In this document: piece after piece, positions 1-7,659 of the stretch
Layout of the letters: each line of letters opens with the position of its first letter
How positions within the stretch are numbered: the first letter of the stretch is position 1
Assembly (NCBI GenBank): GCA_042218325.1
Contig: JBDGRE010000017.1
Location: forward strand, 1 to 14,510
Direction of reading: 5' to 3'
DNA: 14,510 bases
Origin: Candidatus Nanohaloarchaea archaeon
GTDB taxonomy: Archaea; Nanohalarchaeota; Nanosalinia; Nanosalinales; Nanosalinaceae
Made by a program: the position numbers and the translations under genes
The notes under the pieces: model-generated
The model's input: the letters and a program-made list of their open reading frames with translations, nothing else
Told to the model about the DNA's origin: nothing
Database searches by the model: none

Positions 1-288
1 ATGGCCAAATCTCCGAGAGGATTGTTTAACATGTATCTGCATGGTTCGGCGGTTACATCGGTGATAAAGATTCTGTTAGCAAGTATAGGTCTCTATGGCT
101 CTGCAAGCTCCGGTAATTTTCAGGCTATTTCTCAGTACTTGATGATTGTGGTAAAAACCGTTATGCCTCTCTTCATGTTGGTTGGAGCTGGCTTTATCGG
201 CGTCTTTGGCGCTGTACTAACCTTCGTGTTAAATCTAGCTTTTGGCCTGCTTTGGTCAACTCTAAAATACGATCTTTCAACAGGGTGA
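1..288 (+). CDS. Small hydrophobic membrane protein (about 3 predicted TM segments), unknown function
   Basis: 95-aa ORF starting at ATG at window position 1 (could extend upstream); long hydrophobic runs (VIKILLASIGLYG; LMIVVKTVMPLFMLVGAGFIGVFGAVLTFVLNLAFGLLW); its stop overlaps the next start (GTGA, 285-288). Confidence 0.6.
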   Translation: MAKSPRGLFNMYLHGSAVTSVIKILLASIGLYGSASSGNFQAISQYLMIVVKTVMPLFMLVGAGFIGVFGAVLTFVLNLAFGLLWSTLKYDLSTG

Positions 289-596
289 ATATTCTGAGCA
301 ATCCCTTAACTGGAGTTACCGAGAAAGTTGAGGATTTTCGGCCAGTAATGATAGCTTTGGGATCAATAGTTTTCGCAATTACAATTTTGATCCCCTGGCT
401 TGAACGGATGCCAGGAGTTAATGCATCGACCAGTAAACGAACTGGCTGGATACAGGAAGGTTTCAATATACTTGCTAGTCTTTCAATGCCGACTTGGTTG
501 AACTTTCTTCAAAACCCTGTTTTCTGGGGAGTTATTGCTTTGATCGTAGTACTCATCGGGTTCATAGCTAAATCTTCTGGGAAGGTGACAGCATGA
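285..596 (+). CDS. Small membrane protein (2 predicted TM segments), unknown function
   Basis: In-frame GTG at 285 within the 252..596 ORF gives a GTGA start/stop overlap with the upstream gene; TM-like segments VMIALGSIVFAITILIPWL and VFWGVIALIVVLIGFIA; stop directly abuts the ATG at 597. Confidence 0.6.
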   Translation: MNILSNPLTGVTEKVEDFRPVMIALGSIVFAITILIPWLERMPGVNASTSKRTGWIQEGFNILASLSMPTWLNFLQNPVFWGVIALIVVLIGFIAKSSGKVTA

Positions 597-887
597 ATGA
601 TGCCTGAAGAACTCTGTGACCTGATAGAGGAGTGTGGGCCGGAGAGGGTGGAGTTTCCGCAGCATGTTTATGAGCGGGCCAGGAAGAGGAACGTGGATGT
701 TTCCGGGCTGGAGAAGAAGATACTGGGTTGTGAGTTTGAAGAGGTCAGGGAGAACAACCAGAGCGATCCGAAGTTCGAGTACAGTTTCAGGGTTAAAATC
801 CGTGGAAACGACCATTTGGTCGAAGTCCCGGTATACTTTAATGTTCCGGGCACCAAAATCCTTGTAAAGAGCATCTGGAGAGGTTGA
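597..887 (+). CDS. DUF4258-like (BrnT/RelE-type fold) putative toxin
   Basis: 96 aa with N-terminal F-x-x-H-x-x-E-R-x-x-x-R-x-V motif (EFPQHVYERARKRNVD) and C-terminal hydrophobic strand ILVKSIW, typical of DUF4258; lies directly upstream of a DUF2283 gene; SD-like GGTGA upstream. Confidence 0.6.
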   Translation: MMPEELCDLIEECGPERVEFPQHVYERARKRNVDVSGLEKKILGCEFEEVRENNQSDPKFEYSFRVKIRGNDHLVEVPVYFNVPGTKILVKSIWRG

Positions 888-891
888 AACC

Positions 892-1203
892 GTGACAGAG
901 GTAGAATACAAGAGCGAACTGGACATCCTCGTCGTAGAGGAAGAAGACTACGAAGACTTAGAGAGAAACGTCGAACTAGACGGCTTCGTTCTTGACCTCG
1001 ACAGCGATGGAGGGTTCCTCGGACTTGAGATAGTGGATGTCTCGCAGAAAGTCCCACTCTCAAGGGAAGAACTGGAGAGGATTGAAGACGCAGAAGTGAG
1101 ATTTGAGTCAGGAGAGGACTACATCGCAGTTCAGATCGTTCTCACTATCGACAGCTCCAAGAACGTCATCTCCAGCCGCTATCCTGCCGGTGCTATCGCC
1201 TGA
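892..1203 (+). CDS. DUF2283 domain protein, putative antitoxin
   Basis: N-terminal VEYKSELDILVV...VELDGFVLDLDSDGGFLGLEIVDVS matches the DUF2283 pattern (YDxExDILYI...LDxDxxGxxxGIEIxxAS); acidic; GTG start preceded by GGAGAGGT. Confidence 0.75.
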   Translation: MTEVEYKSELDILVVEEEDYEDLERNVELDGFVLDLDSDGGFLGLEIVDVSQKVPLSREELERIEDAEVRFESGEDYIAVQIVLTIDSSKNVISSRYPAGAIA

Positions 1204-1216
1204 CCGAGGCCATAAA

Positions 1217-4180
1217 ATGAAGAAATTCGGCGAGTACGGCGTTGAGCAGGACTTTATGGACTGGCTGGAAGAAGTCGGTTGGGAGGTCTACGGTGAACCC
1301 GATACCAATAAGTGGGGCGCGAAACAGCTTGACAAAAAATACGGGCGGCAGCCCGAGGAAGTTATCTACTGGCAGCTCCTGAAGCAGAAAGTAAAGGAGA
1401 TCAACGACGTCGGCGACGAAGTCGCCAACGAGGTTATAGAAAAGCTTAAGCGACAGCTGGGAAGCGAGAAACTTTTAGACGGTAACGAGGAGTTCTACAG
1501 GTTGATGAAAGAAGGAGTAAGCCATACCGTTAGGGAAGACGGCGAAGAAACATCGAGGTATATCAAACTCGTCGACCTCCCTGAAGACGAAACCGATGAA
1601 GGTTATCTCCTGGAGAATAACAGTTTTATAGCGGCGAACCAGTTCGAGGTAGCAAGAGAAGAGCGTGTCCGTCCCGATGTCTCGCTCTTCGTCAACGGCA
1701 TCCCCGTCGTGCACGCAGAGCTGAAAAGTACCGCGCAGGGCGCGACTGTGTTCGATGCGATTAGCGACCTCAAGAGCTACGAGGAAGAAGCCTCAAGGAT
1801 GTTCGTTCCTTCGCTCTTTAACGTGGCCTGCGACGGCGCGAAATTCCGTTACGCCGCGGTAGGAGCTGGCAGAGAGTTCTACTTCCCGTGGAGGCCAGAG
1901 GAAGATACAGGTTTCGAGCCCAGAGATGCCACGAAAGACGCGCTGAACCCCTCTACATTGATGGATATCTTCCGGTACTTCGTATTCTTCGGAGAAGACG
2001 CAAAGATTATTCCACGTTACATGCAGTACCAGGCCGCGAACAGGATGATAAACCGTATCGAAAGGGGGGAGAAGAAGAGCGGGCTTATATGGCATACGCA
2101 GGGCTCCGGTAAATCTTTCACTATGATGTTTACCGCCTACAAGGCGAAAAAGCATCCTCAGGTAGATGATACACAGTACCTGCTTATAGTGGACCGGTCG
2201 AAGCTGGAGGAGCAGATGTCGGAGACGCTTCACGACATCGACTTTCCTCTCTTTGAGGTCGCGGATTCGATTAGGGGCCTGGAAAGGATACTTGGGGAAT
2301 CCAAAGACCAGCTGGTTCTCACCACCATCCAGAAGTTCGAAGATATCGATACCGATATAGAGATCGACGTGGAGAAAGAGCCCGTCATACTTGTGGACGA
2401 AGCGCATAGGTTCACCGAGGGCAAGCTCGGCAGCAAGCTTAAAGCCGCGCTTCCCGAGGCGTTCTACTTCGGGTTGACCGGGACGCCCGTTGCCGAAGGC
2501 AACAGTCCAGAAGACAGGAACACATTCCAGGAGTTTTCCCCAGAAGGAGAAGAATACCTCCACCGTTACTCCATTACAGATGGCCAAAGAGACGGCGTTA
2601 TTACCGAAGTAACCTTCGATGTCCGGGAGGTGGACTGGGATATACCTGACGAGGCTCTGGATAGAGACTTTGAAGGTGAGTTCGGCGACCTGCCGCTCAA
2701 GAAACGTCGAGAAATTTTGCGGGAATACGTTAACCAGGCCGAACTGGCCGAGTTGAGGCCGCGGATCGAGGAAGTGGTTTCCGATATACTGGATCACTTC
2801 GAGAAAAAAGTGGAGCCCAACGGCTTCAAGGGGATGGTAGTTACTCCCAGCCGGCGAGCCGCCGCACTCTACTGCGACGAGTTCCGGAAGTACCGGGATG
2901 AGAGTGAAGTTGACGCAGTCATATCATCGGGGAGCGATGACCCAGCAGAGATGCAGAAATATCACAGATCAAACGAAGAAGAAAGGAAACTGGTGGAGCA
3001 GTTCAAGGAGGTAGGAGAGAATCCTAAACTTCTCGTGGTCTGCGATAAACTGCTAACCGGCTTTGACGCGCCTATACTCACCACATTATACCTTGATAAG
3101 GAGCTTAGAGATCACAATCTTTTGCAGGCAATCGCACGGACAAACCGCCCTGCAGAAGGCAAGAATAATGGAGAGATTGTAGATTATAGTGGGATCTTTG
3201 AGAATCCTGAAGAGGCGCTGGACTACGACTTTGAATTCGTTGAATCCGTCGCCAAAAATACCGATGAACTCGCTGAGAAGTTCCTGGAGGTCCTCGAAGA
3301 GCTTATGGGAATGTTTGAAGATGTAGAGTTCGACGGTAGTTCCGAGGAATTCCAGAAGATTATAGCAAGGCTCCGCAGAGATGAAGACCTGGCCTCCGAC
3401 TTCCTGGAGAAGTACATGGAGGCTGAGAAGCTATACGAATCCGTTGCTCCACACGAGAAACTCGGCGCGGAAGAGGTTGACCGGAAGTGGAGTATAGTTA
3501 CGCAGATCTACGACCGGTTCAGAAAGGTTCAGAGGGGAGAGGAACCTGGAGGAGAAATAGGAGAAGAAGTTAGAGAGAAGACCAAGCAGATACTTGAGGA
3601 TAATATCGGATTGGAAGTTCAGAAAGGAGAAGAGATAGAATACGAGATAAGTGAGCCAGAGGTCAAAACTGAAGAAGTCAGCGATGTTGAACCCGAGTAC
3701 AAGGCCGCAGCAGAGGGTGCGCAGCTTGAGAAAAATATCGAGGTTAAGCAACCAGAAAATCCCTCTTATCCTCGCTTAAGCGAACGCGTTCGTGAAGTGA
3801 TCCAGGAATGGCGTCAGGAAGGCCTGAGCTCTGAGGAAGCGCTCGAAAAGTTCGAAGAAGTTGAAAAAGAGATAGACCGGTTGGAAGAAGAACAGAAAGA
3901 GCTCGGCTTTACAGAGGCAGAGCACGCTGTTTATCGGCTCGTATTGGAAAAGTTCAATGATTTCGTCGATAGCCCTAAACAAACAGAAGAAATAGTTAGA
4001 GAGATAGGCGATAGAATAGAAGACGTGGATTTCACCGGTAATAGATCCGCAGTAGTGAAAGAAGTCCGAAAGAAAATTATCCGCGCACTTTCAGAGACAG
4101 AGGCCCTAAAATTAGCGAAGGCCGAGGGTAGAGAATTTCTCAGAGAAGCCTCAGAATACATCTACGAGAACAAGAGGTGA
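1217..4180 (+). CDS. hsdR: Type I restriction-modification endonuclease subunit R (987 aa from ATG 1217)
   Basis: Nuclease motif RPDVSLFVNGIPVVHAELK; SF2 motifs WHTQGSGKS (Walker A), LVDEAHR, GLTGTP, VVCDKLLTGFDAP, LLQAIARTNRP. Start moved from 1103 to ATG 1217 because the extension overlaps the DUF2283 gene and is compositionally atypical. Confidence 0.96.
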   Translation: MKKFGEYGVEQDFMDWLEEVGWEVYGEPDTNKWGAKQLDKKYGRQPEEVIYWQLLKQKVKEINDVGDEVANEVIEKLKRQLGSEKLLDGNEEFYRLMKEGVSHTVREDGEETSRYIKLVDLPEDETDEGYLLENNSFIAANQFEVAREERVRPDVSLFVNGIPVVHAELKSTAQGATVFDAISDLKSYEEEASRMFVPSLFNVACDGAKFRYAAVGAGREFYFPWRPEEDTGFEPRDATKDALNPSTLMDIFRYFVFFGEDAKIIPRYMQYQAANRMINRIERGEKKSGLIWHTQGSGKSFTMMFTAYKAKKHPQVDDTQYLLIVDRSKLEEQMSETLHDIDFPLFEVADSIRGLERILGESKDQLVLTTIQKFEDIDTDIEIDVEKEPVILVDEAHRFTEGKLGSKLKAALPEAFYFGLTGTPVAEGNSPEDRNTFQEFSPEGEEYLHRYSITDGQRDGVITEVTFDVREVDWDIPDEALDRDFEGEFGDLPLKKRREILREYVNQAELAELRPRIEEVVSDILDHFEKKVEPNGFKGMVVTPSRRAAALYCDEFRKYRDESEVDAVISSGSDDPAEMQKYHRSNEEERKLVEQFKEVGENPKLLVVCDKLLTGFDAPILTTLYLDKELRDHNLLQAIARTNRPAEGKNNGEIVDYSGIFENPEEALDYDFEFVESVAKNTDELAEKFLEVLEELMGMFEDVEFDGSSEEFQKIIARLRRDEDLASDFLEKYMEAEKLYESVAPHEKLGAEEVDRKWSIVTQIYDRFRKVQRGEEPGGEIGEEVREKTKQILEDNIGLEVQKGEEIEYEISEPEVKTEEVSDVEPEYKAAAEGAQLEKNIEVKQPENPSYPRLSERVREVIQEWRQEGLSSEEALEKFEEVEKEIDRLEEEQKELGFTEAEHAVYRLVLEKFNDFVDSPKQTEEIVREIGDRIEDVDFTGNRSAVVKEVRKKIIRALSETEALKLAKAEGREFLREASEYIYENKR

Positions 4181-4184
4181 GAAA

Positions 4185-4892
4185 ATGCCGCAGACAGATC
4201 TTGAAGGTGTAAAAATCTCTTACACAGTTCGGGAAAGCAATGAAGCCTCTAACGCGAGAATAGACTTTAACCGCGGTAGCGTAAAGGTGGTGATTCCTGA
4301 GGATGCTGAGAGAGATCCCGAAGCTATGCTTCAGGAGAAGAAGAACTGGGTTTTGAGGCAGAAACGCGAATTCAATCAGTTCAAAAGACAAATACCTGAC
4401 CGCAGCTTCGAAGAAGGAGAAAGATTTCCGTTTCTGGGAGACCAATATCCAGTTACTGTAAACGGGACCGGTCAAGAAATTTTAGATAACGAAATAAGGC
4501 TATCAGAGAGAAAAGTAGAGAACAGCGGCATCAAGACTGCCTTAGAAGATTTCTACAGGGAGAAGGCGAAAGAAATCTTCCCCAAGAAAGTCGATAAATT
4601 TCGGGAAGAAGTAACAGGTGCTCCTGGAGATATCTACATCCGGGACCAGAAAACACGGTGGGGGAGCTGCACCGACAAACAAAACCTCAACTTCAACTGG
4701 CGTCTATTGATGGCACCAGAGCATGTCGTTGACTACGTCGTAGTTCATGAGCTGGTCCACCTTGATATCAAGACTCATGACCAAGAATTCTGGGAAAAAG
4801 TAAGCGAAATTTATCCTCGCTACAGAGAAAGTAACCTCTGGCTAGAGGAAAAAAGTGCAAGGCTCGTTCTGGATCAGGAAGACATCAGATAG
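4185..4892 (+). CDS. YgjP-like / M48-family (DUF45) metal-dependent hydrolase, Type I RM-associated
   Basis: Signature IRDQKTRWGSC...LNFNWRLLMAPEHVVDYVVVHELVH...H..EFW with HEXXH; SD GAGGTGA upstream; 4 bp after hsdR, its usual position. Confidence 0.92.
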   Translation: MPQTDLEGVKISYTVRESNEASNARIDFNRGSVKVVIPEDAERDPEAMLQEKKNWVLRQKREFNQFKRQIPDRSFEEGERFPFLGDQYPVTVNGTGQEILDNEIRLSERKVENSGIKTALEDFYREKAKEIFPKKVDKFREEVTGAPGDIYIRDQKTRWGSCTDKQNLNFNWRLLMAPEHVVDYVVVHELVHLDIKTHDQEFWEKVSEIYPRYRESNLWLEEKSARLVLDQEDIR

Positions 4893-4902
4893 CTTACCTC
4901 AC

Positions 4903-7659
4903 CTAATCTTCCCCGGTCCAGAGGATGCGGGCCGTGACGGGGAGGTCGTGTTGGTGGGCGGCGGCTTTGCGGTAGATGTCGAGCTGTTTCTGGTATTCTT
5001 CTTCGTTGGTGTGGTCGCGGGCGGTCTTGTAGTCGATGACCTGGGCCTCGTCTTCGTCGATGTGGAGCAGGTCGGCCTTGCCGCGGTAAACCACTTTCCT
5101 GCCGCCGTCCTCGTCCGGGTAGAGCACCGGTATCTCCGGCCGTAGCTCGCCGTCGAGCGAGTCGATGAACTGCTTCACGTTCTCCTCGTCCTCGTTGCGG
5201 GGCTCGACGTCCTCCCCGCGGGCGTATCTTTCCGCGAACCTGTGGACCTGTTCGCCGTACTCCTTGCCGGGGCCTTCGCCGTCCTCCTCGAGGTCGAGCA
5301 GGGCGTGGACCGGTCTCAGTACAGGCGGTCTCTCGCCCGTGTCCTCCACCTCGAGCTGCCGGGCGTCGCTCCCCGGTTCCTCCTGGTGCGGCTCCCTGTC
5401 GTACTGCTCGAAGTCGAGCGGGAGCTGGCGTGAGAACCTGCTCTTGTAGTATCCTTCCGCGTCCCGGGTGAAGTAGAGGTGGTCGCGGGCCCGTGTCATG
5501 CCGACGTACATCAGGCGTCTTTCCTCGTCGAAGTCGCGTAGGTCGACCTCCGAGAGAACGTGGGTCCTCCAGTCATCGAGCACCCATCCCTTCTCCGGCG
5601 AGTAGTAGCTGGACTGGCGGAGGCCGCGGATCCGGTCGTATGTGAAGGTGCCGGAGTCGCCGCGGAAGTTCGGGAAGTTGCGGTAGTTGATGTTGGATAT
5701 GAAGACCACCGGGTACTCCAGGCCCTTCGCGCTGTGCAGCGTCTGGAGGGTGACCGATTCCGGGCCGAGCTCCTTGTCCACGCGGTGGGTGGCCTCCCGG
5801 TGGATGCTCTCGTTGATGAAGTTGACCAGTTCGCCCGTGTTCCGGTAAGACGTGTCGAACGCCTCCTGGAGCACCTCCAGCATCTTCGACTCCTCGTTGC
5901 CCTTGAAGCCGTAACGGTCGAAAACCCCCGCGGCGACGCCCGCCACGTCGTCCATCGCGCCTAAACTGTCGCGGAACTCCAGCATGTTGGCCGGGTAGTC
6001 GCCCGCGTCAAGTCTCTGCCGTATCTCCGGGAAGCTGTAGCCTGCGTGTTCCAGCACCGGTATCCAGCCCTTCCGAGAGTGCCTGTCCTGCAGGATGCGG
6101 AGCCAGGCCAGCAGCAGCCTGGCGGAGTCGCGGTTGAATATCTTTTTCTCGCCCTCGAAGCCGGCCGGTATACCGTACCGCTCCGCCTCTTGCTCGAGTT
6201 CGCGGGTGAACTTCTTGTCGCGCGAGAGCACCGCGAAGTCGCCGTGCTCCACCGGCCTTTTCTCCCCGTCCACCTCTACCTCGGCGCCTTCCTCGACCAG
6301 CTCCTGTATCTTCGCCAGCACGGCTTTTTTCTCTTCGCCAGACTCTATTGCGTGGACCCGGGTGCCGTGGTCGTCCCTGTCCGCCTCCAGCTCAGTGATG
6401 CTGTAGTCGTCCTCGTCGATATCCTCGTCGCCGTGGGCCTCCAGCCCCAAGCTGCTGCCCGAGAATTCGATTATGGGCTGTGTGGAACGGTAGTTGGTGC
6501 GGAGCGTCACCTCCTGCACCGCCGAGGAATCGACCTTTACGCGTTCCGTGTCGCGGTTGAGCTCCCCCGATATCTCCTTGAGCCTTTCACGGAAACCCGT
6601 TATGTTTTCCACCTCGGCGCCCTGGAACCTGTAGATGGACTGCTTCCAGTCGCCGACTACGCAGAGGTTGCGGGAGCTGAGCAGCAGCGCAAGCTCCATC
6701 TGGACGCGGCTCGTGTCCTGGAACTCGTCTATCATCGCATAGTCATACCGGAGCTGTTCACGTAGCTCGTCGTCCTCCACGAGCAGGACGTACGCCAGCA
6801 CCACGCTGAGGGAGTGTGTCAGGTGGTCGCGGGAGAGGCAGTGGCGGATGTAGGCGAGGTAGAGGTCGTGGAAGAAGTCGAACAGGCGTTCCCTGTCCTG
6901 GTCGAAGCTCTCGACGAGGTGTTTCTCCTTCACCTGCTTGGTGTCGTTCGAGATGGTGTCGCGGTCCATCCCGTCCTCCAGCAGGAGTTCGTCGAGTTCG
7001 AGGGTGGAGAGCAGGTCGGACATCGCGCTTCCCGGTGTCGCGCCCTGCTTCCGGTTCTGGTGGCGGGCCTCCTCCAGGAGCTTTTCCCGGTCGCCCTCCA
7101 GCTTGTCGCGGGAGTCGCGGTACCAGCCGTCGCTGGCGGGCACTATCCCGCGGCTGGCCAGCCTGTCGATGAGATGCAGTAGCTCGGCCTCGTATCCTTC
7201 TTCCTCCACCACCGTGTAGAAGTCGCGGTACTCCTGGTTGTCGGTGCGGAAGTCGCGGTAGAACTCCGAGAACTCCTGGTCCTTCAGTACAGGGTCCTCG
7301 ATGACCCGTGTCGCCCGTGTTATCGAGGCGTCGATGCCGAGCAGGCGCGGTGCCTGGTGGCCGTGGTCGATGAGAAGGCCGCGCGCGAGCGAGTGGAACG
7401 TCGATATCGGTGCGTCCTGCAGCTGTTTCTGGTCCCGGCCCGACCTGTCCATTATACGCTCCTTCATCTCCTCCGCCGCGTTACGCGTGAACGTCAGCAG
7501 CAGGATATCCCCCGGGTCGACACCTTCCTGCTCCAGGATGTTGACGTATCTCCGGGTCACCGCAAAAGTCTTGCCCGTCCCCGGGCCGGCGTCGACCTTC
7601 AGAGGTCCGTCGATAGTTTCGATTATCTCTTCCTGCTCCAGGTTCGGTGATTCAGCCAT
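4903..7659 (-). CDS. UvrD/PcrA-family SF1 helicase fused to C-terminal RecB-like PD-(D/E)xK nuclease (AddA-like)
   Basis: Complete SF1A motif set: AGPGTGKT, LLTFTRNAAEEMKERI, STFHS, IDEFQD, VGDWKQSIYRFQGA, NYRS, TLHSAKGLE, EERRLMYVGMTRA; C-terminal G-x-x-VH...GKADLL...IDYKT...QLDIY nuclease motifs. Confidence 0.95.
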   Translation of the reverse strand: MAESPNLEQEEIIETIDGPLKVDAGPGTGKTFAVTRRYVNILEQEGVDPGDILLLTFTRNAAEEMKERIMDRSGRDQKQLQDAPISTFHSLARGLLIDHGHQAPRLLGIDASITRATRVIEDPVLKDQEFSEFYRDFRTDNQEYRDFYTVVEEEGYEAELLHLIDRLASRGIVPASDGWYRDSRDKLEGDREKLLEEARHQNRKQGATPGSAMSDLLSTLELDELLLEDGMDRDTISNDTKQVKEKHLVESFDQDRERLFDFFHDLYLAYIRHCLSRDHLTHSLSVVLAYVLLVEDDELREQLRYDYAMIDEFQDTSRVQMELALLLSSRNLCVVGDWKQSIYRFQGAEVENITGFRERLKEISGELNRDTERVKVDSSAVQEVTLRTNYRSTQPIIEFSGSSLGLEAHGDEDIDEDDYSITELEADRDDHGTRVHAIESGEEKKAVLAKIQELVEEGAEVEVDGEKRPVEHGDFAVLSRDKKFTRELEQEAERYGIPAGFEGEKKIFNRDSARLLLAWLRILQDRHSRKGWIPVLEHAGYSFPEIRQRLDAGDYPANMLEFRDSLGAMDDVAGVAAGVFDRYGFKGNEESKMLEVLQEAFDTSYRNTGELVNFINESIHREATHRVDKELGPESVTLQTLHSAKGLEYPVVFISNINYRNFPNFRGDSGTFTYDRIRGLRQSSYYSPEKGWVLDDWRTHVLSEVDLRDFDEERRLMYVGMTRARDHLYFTRDAEGYYKSRFSRQLPLDFEQYDREPHQEEPGSDARQLEVEDTGERPPVLRPVHALLDLEEDGEGPGKEYGEQVHRFAERYARGEDVEPRNEDEENVKQFIDSLDGELRPEIPVLYPDEDGGRKVVYRGKADLLHIDEDEAQVIDYKTARDHTNEEEYQKQLDIYRKAAAHQHDLPVTARILWTGED

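Noticed and set aside
1103-1216. N-terminal extension of HsdR given by the ORF track
   Set aside because: Overlaps the DUF2283 gene by about 100 bp and is Ser/Pro/Arg-rich; ATG 1217 is the better start.
1793-2797. 334-aa antisense ORF inside hsdR, and the many + strand ORFs inside the addA/addB-like and SDR genes
   Set aside because: Shadow ORFs expected from biased codon usage in acidic, GC-rich genes; no motifs and non-halophilic composition.
4753-4761. TGGTCCACC, a 9-bp match to the terminal repeat near the compositional boundary (possible distal att site)
   Set aside because: It encodes part of the conserved HELVH motif inside an intact gene; a match this short is plausible by chance.
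4903-7659. Gabija (GajB) or another named UvrD-containing defence system
   Set aside because: No OLD/TOPRIM ATPase-nuclease partner; the helicase has a RecB-type nuclease tail and an AddB-like partner instead.
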